From the NCBI GenBank assembly GCA_013115125.1, contig JABANN010000043.1:1-64000 (forward strand): 64,000 nucleotides of DNA. The letters run 5' to 3'. Of the stretch, positions 1 to 12,789 are shown piece by piece. Position 1 is the first letter of the stretch. Every line of letters starts with the position of its first letter. The position numbers and the translations under genes are program-made. The stretch comes from Perkinsus olseni (lineage: Eukaryota). Under the pieces are notes generated by a model. The model made no database searches. It was not told where the DNA came from and saw nothing but the letters and a program-made list of their open reading frames with translations.

Positions 1-1179
1 GTCGAAGCCTTAGAGCAGGAAGACGTGATGACTAATTCATGTATTGCTCGTTATTAAGGAACGTTTCAATCTGAAGTTGATGGTGTTGTTTCTGATTTCT
101 GATGATTGGTGAGTGAAAGATCGTTTCCAGTGTGTGCATGATTGATTCTTGAGTTGCGCATTGATAAAAGAGCCGTGAAGCCGTAAAGTGATCACGTATC
201 GTAAGAAACAAGTTTACGTGATCACGGCGCCGTAACGTCAAGCGTAAGAAAACGTTAGGCTGCCCATCTATAATATCATCCGAAGGCTTTCTGGCAGAGC
301 ATCGTATGGGATCCCGTCTGTAGTCTGGCGGGTCTAGAGCCCACTCCTAGCGACTCGAAGTGGTTTCCAAATATCAATCAGCACGGCTAGAAACCCAAAC
401 CCTTCAAGTATTTGAACGAGTCGAGACCACACAGACACTGAGAAAGTTATCTCGGGCCATGTTCAAGTTGAGCAGTTCAACGTGCCGAGCATCCACAGTC
501 AGTGGCACATGGAGGCTAGAGAAAGGGACGGTATGATAAAAACAGTGACGCCAGTTTGTCCCCGATTCCTCAGCCCCTCTGACTCCCCAAACTAGGTCCT
601 AGTTACTAGGACATGCGTCCTCAGGCGGTGCAATCTCAGCACAGTGGGATGAGCGCACGATTTCACGGTTCCATCATGCAATGAATGGATACGAGCGGGC
701 TCGCAGTTTCTTCCCGACCACCGCTGTTTGGTCGATCCCAAATCATTAAAGGAAGACGTCGCAGCACGTATCATTTGCGCCCTCGCACTCACATCTATAT
801 ACGGGCGTTTCGGATATCTCTTCTCTCTCCTTTTTTTCTGATTGAGGAGCGAATGGGTCTCACTCCCGACACCTGCATCGAAGTTACATGACCGAATCTA
901 ACGCTAGCGCTCCGGCAGCATAGCCCTCCGAAATGTGTGTAAATGTTTCACGGCTGAAGAGACACGACTGGCGCCTCCTCCTGGCACTGTCTCTCTGACG
1001 CGTACCAGCAGACCATTATACGTCACGGCGGTCCTACGACTTAGAGTTCGCGCGCTCCCATAGGCCCCGAGGGGTCTCTCCGGTTTATTCCCAGCCTCTC
1101 CGGCCATCTCCTTCGTGACGACCAGCGGTATCAGCTCGCGGATTGCCTCTATCTTGCGGTTCAGTCGTTCAAGTTCTCA

Positions 1180-1944
1180 ATGGCGTTACCGACTATCGAA
1201 CAATCTGTCGGCAACCTACGCTTCAGCCGGCTCCTATGCAACCTGTCGGTTTTCGTATACGCTGTGCAAGCAGTGCTACCACCCTCCCTCAATTCCTTGG
1301 TCATCGCTGATCAGCCTGCGGGTTGCTATGTCGCTCCCGGCTCAGACAAGACTGGTGATGATACCAAATCGCAGGGCGGGACCTGTATCTATACTCTGAG
1401 GGGCACCGACGCAAGGGGAGCTCCTCAAGAGAGCGGCGGAATCATGATCTACAGTAACATCCCCGGACATGATGGCTCCATGCGTGTACAGGTCGACATG
1501 CTAGAGAGTGACTTTCCCGAATATCCGGATGTTGTGGTGACAACTAGTGGCTCGGCTCATTTCCAGCTCGATGCTGAGGACGGCTTGCGTTTCACGTGGA
1601 GTGCTGATGCCGGTGACCATACTTACACTCAGGACCCCGGCCAGGATGAGGTGGACATTAAATCTGCGGTACATGGCTACTTCCCTGACGGCCAGGAGGC
1701 TTCTACCACCACGTACGATCTCAGCGGCTATGTTCACAGCGCTGGGGTATTTGTCCACAACTATCCGTATACCAAGGCCACTGGAGATTCCGGTGTGGAG
1801 TTCGAAACCGGACAGAGATTGGCTGTATCCAAGGTCGAAGGAGGCTGGCAGTTCACAGTCCTCTTCCAGTCAAAGGGCCAAGATATCCCTGAGAAAACGG
1901 GTGAGTACCTCAATTATGTCGTGCGTGATTCCCTGGAAGGATGA
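1180..1944 (+). CDS. Intronless putative secreted/surface protein of unknown family, copy 1 (254 aa)
   Basis: Long ORF with N-terminal hydrophobic segment; shares AD.P.GC, C.Y..RG, QES.G, SN.PGHDG and GW motifs with 4103-4888, and a subset of them with 16733-17491. Confidence 0.8.
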   Translation: MALPTIEQSVGNLRFSRLLCNLSVFVYAVQAVLPPSLNSLVIADQPAGCYVAPGSDKTGDDTKSQGGTCIYTLRGTDARGAPQESGGIMIYSNIPGHDGSMRVQVDMLESDFPEYPDVVVTTSGSAHFQLDAEDGLRFTWSADAGDHTYTQDPGQDEVDIKSAVHGYFPDGQEASTTTYDLSGYVHSAGVFVHNYPYTKATGDSGVEFETGQRLAVSKVEGGWQFTVLFQSKGQDIPEKTGEYLNYVVRDSLEG

Positions 1945-4102
1945 TTTGGGGATAGGTTTGTGTAGTTTTCTACCTGTTTTCTCGGATATCTTTTAGAGGA
2001 ACAGCAGCATCAGGCTGCTCTTTTTTCAACTCTCTGCTAGTTAAGAGAGAAAAAGAATCTTCTGTTCCGTTAACTCTAGCAATATTCACGGGTAGCGGAC
2101 ATTTCGGTGCGAAAAGCGCACTGAGCCTGACCGTCTCCTTTTCACTTTTCCTTGCGAGAGGCCTTGTGTTCTAAGAAACCCTTCCAAGAAGCACGTATTG
2201 CCGATGCCGTCTGACCAAAGGGAGGACGGGCTACTGCCCAACTGCTGGCTCTGACCCTGCATGCGCTGTGGGGTGTTTAACTCCCCCTCAGGGGGAGTTA
2301 AACCAGGGGGACCCCCTGGCAAGATAATTTAAGCTTCTAACCTCTCTTTTCCATCGCAATTGGAACCAAGGCTGCGATTTTGCTCCTGGTCGCTCTGATA
2401 GTCAACTGAGTTGTAAGATTGTGTAAAATATGCCGCGTTGCCACTGGGTTACTACGTCGTAGTACGTCACAAGCCTGTTGAGTTGACGAGTCAACTTGAC
2501 TTTAACTCAACACGCTTGTGACGTAGCTGGTCGACGACGACCAGTGGTCGTGGTGGTGATCATAACAAATTGCGGAGCGAGCGAAGCGAGCGGAGCATAT
2601 ACTGTCACTTCTGCGCTTTTTTGTGCGTTCGTTCGTTCGAATTATTTTTCCACGACTATGTCGTTTGAACTCGCGAGACACATACCATTCGAAAGCTCAC
2701 GGTTTGCGTATACTATAAAAGATACGAAATCGCTCTCATCCCCGTTCTACCAAGCAAAACCGTCGTGGACCGTTGTACACGAACCCGAAAAATACGGAAA
2801 AAAGTGAACGATACACATCGTGTGTCGAGGGAAAATCCTAGGCAGTCCGCTTCAGGAGACAGCTGTGTGCTTGCGTGCAGGAGAGTGGGCGTCACCGCCG
2901 AGGCGTTCACTGACGAGTCGGTGTCGGACACTCTGTTGTCGGGTGCGATGTAGATTTTCTGCGCCCGCCCATCCCTCCCTCATGAAAGGGGGGTCGCCAG
3001 AAGTGCCTTCTCCCCAGCTGTTCGATTCGCGACACGAGCTATCTTCCCAATGTTAAGCGAGTTCGCGGACGGTAGACCGGGATTTTATGGTCATTCGGTA
3101 ACACACTGTGGAGGTCCTCGGAGGACCGTCCTCCACTGGAGGAATACGGAATGCTCCTATGACCCTAAAAATGCCAATTCTAGTGAGTCAAAGAACAGCT
3201 CAGTGTGGTTGCTAGTCCCCACCGGGGACTCCCCGGTATCCCGCCGTGATATCCCAAAACCTTGTCTACCCCACCTGTCACCCATCCGATGGCATGAGAT
3301 TCGCCGCAAAAGTGAATTGTGAATTGTGGGCGTCACGACAATATTCCTCGATACAACGTCTGGCAAGTCTCATCTTTTTTCGCGCAATTCTAACAACCCA
3401 CGAAGTCTTCTCAGTCTGAGAGCGATTGAAACCTTCGAGCACGACGGGAGCCCCTCGCTACGTCGAGTCAGGAAGACTCCAAAATAAGACTCAGTCTTGA
3501 AGACTGTAAGATAGCACTCGACTCGAGTACTATCTGGTGGCCTCGGTTGCCGAGGCTTGGCAGCGGTCAACCCACAATACTGCTAATCTAAGTGCGACAC
3601 ATCTTATCTTTCAAGCCGAGACAAAAGACAGGCTGTCACCCTGGTCTCCTGCATATCCTGTCCCGCGGGACGGAGACAGAATGACACGATGATCACCTTT
3701 GCAACGGCGGTATCTTTTGACTCAAGCTTACCATCCATGTTGGGCCGACATGGCATGTCCTCTACGAATCCTGGATCTGAAACAAATACTGTGCCTAGCT
3801 CAAGTTAGAAGTATGGGGCCACCGGGTGGTCCGACCATTCTGCTCCCTTCCGTCCGCGTGCGACCGTGAGTCTATCGATCACGCTGTAGATCCCTCTATT
3901 CGTGAGTTTGTCCATCTTTTCCTCGACTACTGCTGTGAATCGGAACTGTCAGAACTTCCAGCTATCCACACTTCTCAAATTACTAAACGGACCACATCTC
4001 TTGACTGTTTTCTCCCATGGTACAGGTTAAGCTTTACCATCGCCATTGGCTGGGAAGGGTCCCACATCATTCAACCTAGTTGGTAATCTTTTCAACTTTT
4101 CA

Positions 4103-4888
4103 ATGTCGTTGGCTCCGACTATCCGCCTTGGCAACCTTCGTATCAACTGGCTGACCTTCATGCTTGCGTTGTCCGTCTACATGGTGCAACTGGTGGTAGT
4201 GCTTTCTGACGACCCAATAAGGGTCACCGCTGATTATCCCCCGGGTTGCAGCGGTGGACCGGGTCCGCAGCCTGGGCCCCACCCTCGCGTCGATGTGCTC
4301 AAGAATAGCTGCGTCTACAACATGAGGGGTATCAACGAGGCCGGAAAATATCAGGAGTCTGCCGGGGTCAGAATCGCATCTAACATGCCCGGGCATGACG
4401 GAATAATGCGGATCCAGCTAGACGTAGTTGACACTGACATGCCGGATAAGAAGGAGGTCACCGTGTGGGCTGATGGTGTGGTTCTGATGGGGTTTGCCAC
4501 GGAGGGTATAAACTCGGTGTGGATCCCATTAATAGATCACACGGGCTTCAAAGGCCCCGATGGTACCGTCGAAGTCGGTATACCATCCTATAGCGACGCC
4601 GACTTTCCCAATGGAGCACGAGCTTGGACCCCCTGGGGGTATAATGTGACGGGCGAGGCCAACAAGGATGGAATGCACCTAGAGGCCACTCAATATACGA
4701 TTACGGACAGCCCTGACACTACTTTGCTGACGGTAACAAACCGAATCAATATTGAAAGGACTGAAGATAACAAAGGCTGGTCCTACGTTATCGTTTTCGA
4801 GCGGAAAGGCGAATATGTTGATCTTACAGGCGAGAAGAGGCAGTTCAACCTCGAGGACTATGTGAGCTCTGGTTGGTTGTATGGCTGA
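4103..4888 (+). CDS. Intronless putative secreted/surface protein, copy 2
   Basis: Paralog of 1180-1944; ATG 4103 chosen because its context (tcaacttttcaATGtcgttggctccgactatc) aligns with copy 1 (tcaagttctcaATGgcgttaccgactatc); ends LYG*. Confidence 0.8.
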   Translation: MSLAPTIRLGNLRINWLTFMLALSVYMVQLVVVLSDDPIRVTADYPPGCSGGPGPQPGPHPRVDVLKNSCVYNMRGINEAGKYQESAGVRIASNMPGHDGIMRIQLDVVDTDMPDKKEVTVWADGVVLMGFATEGINSVWIPLIDHTGFKGPDGTVEVGIPSYSDADFPNGARAWTPWGYNVTGEANKDGMHLEATQYTITDSPDTTLLTVTNRINIERTEDNKGWSYVIVFERKGEYVDLTGEKRQFNLEDYVSSGWLYG

Positions 4889-5463
4889 TTAATGGAGCGG
4901 GACGTTCTCGACAATTCTCTCTGATGAACATTTTTTCTTTTCTTTGATCTCACCTTCTGAGTATTGAGCATCTCTCCCGGTTTCGTCGAGTCACCTCAAC
5001 AGCGGCATCAGGCTGCTCTTTTGCGAAAAGATGTGGAGTTCTAAGTTTTCCTTCGAGCTGTGCACGCTGAGTGCACTCTGAGATTTTCGCCGCCTGTACC
5101 CTCGCGGATGACAGAGCTCTTTACTTGCCAACTTGTGAGCGACTCTGCAGTTGTGCATGAGTCGATCAGTTCCACCCAACCCACTGACCAAGACTATGGG
5201 TGTGCCTGGAGTCCAGGCCCTGAACCTACTCAATATCCGGGTGTAGGCCCTCGCTATACTGGCGCAAACGCGTAGGGGTTGCGTTGCCCACAGCAAAAAC
5301 TGATGTGATCCATATGTCACAGACTGTTCAGAACAGCCTATAACACAAGAGCAGCTCACGATGAGCTTGCCAGGCAAATCGAACCACAAGGCGGTGGTCG
5401 TTGTGGGCAGACCCACAGGCTACGACTCACCACACTCCAGTCAGCGGTCGTCTATTACTGTTC

Positions 5464-5850
5464 TGTAAGCAGAGTTGATGTGTGCAGAGCTGATGTGTGC
5501 CACTCTGATGTTATTCATTGTTGCGCGGTGACACGCATAGACAACATTAGTAGACAACAGCGTGATCCATAGCGGGATCGATATTATCGCATATAGTGTA
5601 CAAATGCACATAGTTATATCCGTCTTCGTGGCCTCTTGTTGTGTCCACAGTGCGGGAACGGCAAGTGAACTACTTTACATTGGTGCCCAGACCCAGGAGT
5701 GATGCCGTTCAAACTAGAGTCCAGATTAGAGCCCTTCACTGGTGACAAGGACTTCGCGCTTTGGTTACGCGAGCTCGAGACCGTGGCTGCTGCTAGTCGT
5801 TGGAGTGCGGCGCGAAAGGCGCAGTACTTGGTGTTGTTTGACAGATTTCT
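5464..5850 (+). mobile_element. LTR retrotransposon remnant: single LTR (5464-5679), PBS (5681-5698), start of gag
   Basis: TGTAA...TTACA termini, then TGGTGCCCAGACCCAGGA one base later, then a gag-like start (LEPFTGDKDFALWLRELETVAAASRWSAARKAQYL); no pol or second LTR seen. Confidence 0.7.
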
Positions 5851-5927
5851 TGACAAGATAGTTCAAGGCGCTTCTAACCTATTTCTTTCAATCTCGCAGG
5901 GCAAGCGAGCACCCGCGCCAAGATATG

Positions 5928-5984
5928 CCTTAGTAAAATCAATTTCGCCAGAGCGCGCTTTAGTACAATCAATTTCGCCAGAGC
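5928..5984 (+). repeat. About 30-bp tandem duplication
   Basis: ttagta(a/c)aatcaatttcgccagagcg occurs twice. Confidence 0.8.
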
Positions 5985-6119
5985 GGTGTTTTTCAGTAGT
6001 GATTTTCACATCACGGGTGAAACCCCACCCGTGAAGCCCAATTTTGCCGTCACGCCCGAAGTAAGTCCGATTTCGACGAAATGCGGAAATCAATTTCGCT
6101 GGTAGTCGAGAGACCCGAA

Positions 6120-6175
6120 TCTCGATTTTCTCATTGCGTTAATGAGTTCAGATTAACGCAATGAGAAAATCGAGA
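6120..6175. repeat. Perfect inverted repeat, 24-bp arms, 8-nt loop
   Basis: tctcgattttctcattgcgttaat-gagttcag-attaacgcaatgagaaaatcgaga. Confidence 0.95.
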
Positions 6176-9100
6176 CTACGCAACTTCTCGCTAGCCAAGA
6201 GGATTTGAGAGGATAACCATGCCCCACGCCGTTTCACTAGGACTCAAAATTAGGACCTCGATACTTGCATGAGATCATTTCACTAAGCATGATCAACGGA
6301 TTCGTCACATTTGCTCGCTGCGAGGTCTCCCTTATCGCCGTGGATCTGCGTGAGAAGGGACATACAATCGCCGGACTAACGGCAGTGCGATTGTCGAGCG
6401 AACCACTCACTTTTTCACCCCTCCGACGCTGAATCTCGGCAATTTGCCAGTCCTGAACAGCGAGAGCGATAATAGTAGTCGTCTCGGTAGACTACACAAG
6501 ACTTGCCGAGATAGAGTTAGTTCGGTGACACACCGTGAGCGATTCAGCTGATTCGTGACACAGGGATGAATCAGCTACTCATCCTAGTCTTATCATAAGA
6601 CTCTTATGAGGGTACTTAACCACGGCAGGGTTCCTTGCCGGTATTTAGCACTGCTAGGGCGCGAATACGCAGCTCACTTGCTTGGCGGCCCAGCCTAGGA
6701 GTTCGATCTCCACAATTTTGGCAAGAACAGAAACGTCAGAGCATGATCGTGGAGGCAAGTGAGAGAGCTCTTGAATGCGATGACCGATCAGTTCAAGGAA
6801 TCCTGAAACCGTGACGCTCGTCTCGATTGTGCGAGGCCATAGTGCTACCAATCAGTCCGAACTCAGAGCGTAACCATGAATCTGTAAACCTCTCTAGTTT
6901 CTCCTCGAACTCGTCGACCTCTCCAAAAGCCCAGAATCGGAACGTCTAACGATCGAGTCAGACGTTCACGTGAGGTCGAAGAGGCCCACTCGAATCGCTC
7001 CCTTCGCGTCATCGATCGTCTCCCCCTCTGTAGACAGAGAAGTGCTATCTACTAGAGAGTGTTGTTTCATTCGGCTCAGTACTCTCGACCGTCCCACTGT
7101 AAGGCGTTGACTTCTCTTGTGACCCTGATTCCGATCGACTCTCCAGCATATTTCGCGGAACCCAAACCTGAAAAACCGACGTCAAAGAGTTGAATTGTGA
7201 CCTGCTAGCTGAACAGATTGACACAGGCAAGGCTAGCAAGCGAGATGTGGGAGCCCGACATCTTGCGGAGCCTGTCAGTGTTCACTTGCAGTGCTCCAAA
7301 ACATATGTGTGACTCGTGTGATAACTATCACAAGCATGAACGCCGTAAACGGACGCACGGAACGAGTGACGCAGAGGTACATCGTGAGCCGCGATTCGTG
7401 ACCTGTGGACCTCGACCAGATGAAGCGTCGGCGCAGGATAAACCCCGATGGCCATTCACGACTTTCTTACCCGGAAGACCAATTCGATGTCCCGAGAGCG
7501 ATCGATGATGTAAGTCCTCGGTCTCAACCGAACTGCTGGCAGAGACAGTTCCATGTCTCGCAGAACCTGTTATGGCTTCATCTTCTCGCTATGTCACCAC
7601 ACCAGCCGAGCGCTAGCTAGTTTCCGAATGGAACCAGAGCTGGGAGATCTTGCTAAGCTGGACTGAACGACTCCAGTCAAGCCGCTTGAGAGCCATCTGT
7701 TGTCTCGGGAAACTCATCCGAACCGTTTGCATTGAAGAACGATGGCAAATGCGAGGACACCCCATGCGCTGTCCGAGCCAAAGGTCACGGCTGCTGCATC
7801 TCGTAGAGTTCTCGTGTCTAATCGAGCGGGGTGAGTGAGCAGAAGTCGTTCACTTAGTGTCCGGGGACTCTGCAGGAAGTCTCACCCGTTTTGAGTGCTC
7901 CATCCGCATGTGCTGTCGGAGACGGCAACACAGCATAGCTTCGAGATACCCTCGGATCCTAATGAAGAATGAACCGCTAGTCATCCTTCGATTAGACTCG
8001 ACAAACTCTAACATTGCTGCTTCTCACGTTTTCATTCGACAGTGGCCTCGATTAGACTCGACATTCGCTAGTGAACGCACCTCACCCGAGCACTCTTTGC
8101 TCCGTCGGTGAAGCCCGATTATGTTACTCACGCTGCGCGATCACGCAGGTCTTGCATGTTCAATGAACATTTTTCATGCAGGATACCAAAGCCAGGAAGT
8201 TCAGAGGTGGATTGCAGGGTTGAAAAGCTCACTGTTCAGTTATCGGCTCCGCATCTAAGAAGTCTGGCTTCGGCATTTCACTAGGAAATCTCTCTTCGAC
8301 CGATGCGCGTTGCCTGAGAAAAACTTTTATCAGCGGAAAACAACCCCACTTCGCAAGGCCGGGCAAGGACGGTGATGCACCTGTTCTGCTGCATCCTGAG
8401 CTGCAGTATTTCTCGTCTCACTTTCTTGAGGAGCTCCCTGACCAACGGATTGCGCTCAACGATTAACCTGAGCGAGTCGATCTGTTCGATAGTCATCTTG
8501 ATCGCATATGAGATCAATTTATATGAAACCCGTAACGGGTTACCCGTTAAACGAACAGCACGACAGATGAATGTTATTGAACCCTACGGTTCTCTCTCAC
8601 CTAGCATGACCTTGTTCTGACGCGTATGAAATCGAGCTGGCTCGCAGATTATCAAGATAATTACGGTCGCAGTGATTACGGTCGTGATTTTGAGTGGGAG
8701 CTCGTCGCTGGAGGCTGCAATGCTTTCGAACTCGACTTATCGCATGCACATTCATTCAGAGAGCAGGTTTTCGAAGCAATGCTGCGGACCCACTAAGTGG
8801 GTCCCACTTGAATCGACTTTCCTTGTCAGCTGCTGTGGAGGCCCTCATGAGGACGTCAGTCGACATTGCAGCCAACTTCAGCGTACCTATACTGTTCGAG
8901 CTATCCTATTTGCTTGAATCGAGCGTCTGTCAGGTCGACTCGGACGTCGTACACTGGACCGCATGGCAGAGAGCTTCTATGAGAGAACAGCGAGCCCTTA
9001 CTTTTGCTGCCTGACATTTCTGGTGAGTCATCAATCACTTCGTTCGCTGACGAATCATGGTCTCCGCGGTAGCACTCAGCCGGATCTGAGAACCGTAGCA

Positions 9101-10985
9101 GGCGGCTACTAGTAGCTTCTCGCTCAGACCTGTACCCGACTACCGAGTGCAGAATCATCTCCCTTGCGCGGCTGAACCACTCTCCAGGGGAGTGGTTCAA
9201 CAGCTGTGCTTCCGCCGCGCAAGCCTTGCGTGGCAGGGGAAGTCTGTCGCAGAGCTCAGCTAATTCACACAGTAACAAAATGATAATCGTATCATGATGA
9301 TACTATCATCTCACGAGTCCTGAGTTCCGGGGGACTCCCCAGCGGGGAGTGGATAGACGATAATCTAATAGCTTTTTCCTCTTATGTTCGCGGAGACGAT
9401 TTGCTGCTTTTAATCGAACATGTTAATAGGATTATAGGACAGGGTTCTATAAACCCTGTATTCGCATTGTATCGATGTATGACGCCCTTTTCAGTAACGT
9501 GGAGGAAACACACCTTCTGTGAAACATGTCTCGTGGTGAATTGCCATGCGAGCCAGCCGCTGCTGCACCGAGGGGAAGAAGGCCTTGGGTATACACAACC
9601 ACAGGGAGTAAGCGCACGCGAACATAAATCTGTGGTACCTGAGGAGAGGCTATGAACGCTTGAAGCACTCAGTTTCAGTTCTCACGCAATGGTCCAGTCA
9701 ACTGCGAAGAACACGACCGTGCATCCAGTCATGATTGTGAATAGTAATGGCACCTGTAGTGAAAATGCAGGCCTCACGGAGAGGAGGATAATCTCAAGCC
9801 CGTAGGCGATGACAGGAACCATTCACGGTGCACCCAGCCGTTCCCGTGCGAAAGCCGAAAGCACTGAGAAAGGGCGTCTCGGCTCACTACGTTCAGTTGT
9901 GCTAGAAACTATCGATGTCAACGACTTTATGGTAATTTATGATCGAATCGTTAGGCGGTGCTTCTATAATTGCTAATTTCAGGTATCCTACTCCTGAGAG
10001 ATCCCTCTTATCCTCTCCGCTGTCGTTCAGTCCATCTACCACGTCCATTCGTAGCTGGTAGCCTTGCGAGAATGAAAAAAGATTCGCAACTGATCAACAA
10101 CAATTGACAAGAGTGCTCTGGGAACGAATACAGCATTCGGAATACTACTGAGCCGCTCACCGGGACCAGCGCGCGCCTGAAACTGCTCCCCCCACTAGAA
10201 ATGCAACCCGACCAATTCCGAAACGAGGTGTCACGCCAGTCTGTCAGCTGGGCTGTCTCAGCTCGGCGGCACCTATGCCGGCGCCTTCCTCAGGAAGGCT
10301 TCCTGAGCATCATCTTCTCAGCCAGGCTAACTCGATTACAGAGCCAGCCTGGCTCAGCCAGGCGCTCGCGTGGTCCCGATAAACAATGATTGTTTAACAA
10401 TCTCGTTAGATAGCCAGCGATAAACTTGCCAGCGGTTCCTGAATGACTTTCTGCGTTTGAACGCATTGTTCATTGAGGTAAAGGAAATGCGGCTCCAGTT
10501 GGAAAAACCACAACTAGAAGTCGTTACTCGTTCGCAGCAAGAAATTTTGAGGGGTGGACTATTTTCAAGTTTGAGCCCTGTACTTGTAAGTTACAACTTG
10601 CAACTTACAAGTTGTAACTCACTGTGAGGTTCTCATAATGTACGGAATCCGTACTACGGATCAATGTCGTATCTACTTCGCGGACTATCATGAAACACCA
10701 CTGTCGATTCGGCAGTCTTGTTCATCACATTTGCTTTCTCTTCCGACCTTGCATTCTCCCGGACAATCTGCACTGACAGTCAGTGACTGACTGCATTACA
10801 CAGTCGAGCTGTGCTCATACTAGCTTGAAGCTAGTAGCTTGGCATTATCAACCATTTTTATCAACTACTCCACTTCGTATCTAGTAGATACTATGCGCTC
10901 CGGGGGGGCGTGCGAGAACTCTATCGAACACGCTCAGGAGCGATCCTGAGAACACTCTTGGAAGCGCTCCCGACTCAGGAGCTCA

Positions 10986-11700
10986 GGCCTATAACTTAGG
11001 GAATGCATGAAACTTAGGACCTAACATTTAGGTCTAGGTCCTTAAGGTCCCTTTAGGAACAGTTACGAGCTTAGGTGGGAATCACAAGACTCGGGAGCTC
11101 CTCAAGGCGCTCCTAAATGTTAGGAGCCCAAAACCTCAAGTCATAGGACTTAAATCAGTTTAGCGTGCGCCCGACTGAAAATCACCGCATAGTCGCTGTA
11201 CCAAAAATTGAACCCTGGGCACGGGTAGCCCAACCAAAGAGCATATCTATTCGACCAGCTTGTAGTGGGAAAGGTGGGACTAGAACCTTCGCAGGTTTCG
11301 TACCATGGATTAAGAACAAATTACAATAATGGCGCGCCCCGCAAGTTAGGAGTGGTCTGGAGGCCCGTAAAGGCTGCTCCGGACCAACCTTGAACGGTGC
11401 TCCTTAAGGAACCGAAAACCTTAAGGATTTTTCAAGTACTTAAGCGCTGTGATACCGACTTTCCTGCACCTTAAGGTCCTTGAGTAAAACCTTAAGGTCT
11501 TTAAGACCTTAAGGTTAGGAAGCTTAGGACCTACGACCTAAGACCTGGTCTTAGGTCGTAGGTCCTAAGCTTAGATCCTTACGCTTCAAGGTTTAGGTCC
11601 TAGCCCTATGATACCCACTAAGCCAATCCCTTAAGGTTTTACCCAATTCCCTTAAGGACTTCCTTAAGGAAATGCACTTGAAATCCCTAAGTTATAGGCC
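10986..11700. mobile_element. Non-autonomous TIR element (MITE-like), 715 bp
   Basis: 17-bp perfect TIR ggcctataacttaggga / tccctaagttataggcc; CA on both flanks; no ORF; interior rich in CCTTAAGG/CCTAAG with a 26-bp-arm palindrome at 11520-11572. Confidence 0.75.
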
Positions 11701-12789
11701 CACGATCTAGCCAACATCGCTCGTGGGAGCGCTCTCGAGTTTCAGGAGAGGTCGATTGAACACCCTGACTGTTTTCAACTAGTGTTTTCATATCGCGGGT
11801 GAAACTCCACTCCCTCCCGTAGCTGCGACGTCCGAATCCGTTCAGCTTTAGTTTTTTGGCCCGGATTTCGAAGTCCGTATTAACTAACGCAGTGGGAGCG
11901 GAAATTCAGGCCTCACAAGCTCCAAGTTTAAGGACCCCATCAGAAACAAATCGAAGGTCGTTTAGGTGCCAGATGGGCACTGTCCACGAAGGGCTCAATC
12001 GTAGACGCAGCCCGAGTATCGCATAATACGATTCGCATTTGAGTATCATCTTCACCCGGCAAGAAAAGAAGAGCACCCGGCAATCCGAAGTAAAGGCTCA
12101 GGTAACTCGCTGAGTGAGCGACGCATGTCGGAAAACTGCACCGCTTTACGAGCAAGTTTAATGCGGGAGCTGGCGAGAACGACAAAGATACAAGCCAGCC
12201 TGCGGGCGGATACGCGAGGCTAAGAGGAGTCGAATTTGACAACACCCAATATGATCATGTTGAGCAATTTCCACACTTACATGAGAGTTCGAGTTTACCT
12301 GTTCGAGTTAAGTGGAATTTGTTAACATTAGGAACGACAACACTATGAACAAGTCGAATATATCACATGCAAAATTGGAGACAGCAACACAAGTTGTGAT
12401 TCACAAGCACGATTGAGAATACAGGGACAAAACTGAGAGGCTCTCATCCAAGTTCGACAGCGCGTCAATAGGCAAACAGCCTGTACGTCAGTGCCGGTAC
12501 GGTAGTCGGGACCCCTTTATTCACTTCCTTGCAACCAGCTGGTTTCCGACAAGGCTCGCAGATACTCGACAGCATTCGCTGTCCGGAAAACTTCTCGTTG
12601 GTAACAGTTCCATCAGCATGGGTTCTCGCGCGATAATCACCACGGCCGAGATTTCAAGGCTTTTGATCGATCGACGATTTACCCGTTCGAAAATCCAAAA
12701 TCAACTCCAACACTGAGCATCTTGAAGAGCAATAGAAAATAGATGGCAAACAAATCAACCGCCGTTGGTCAACTCAGCCGTGAAACATA

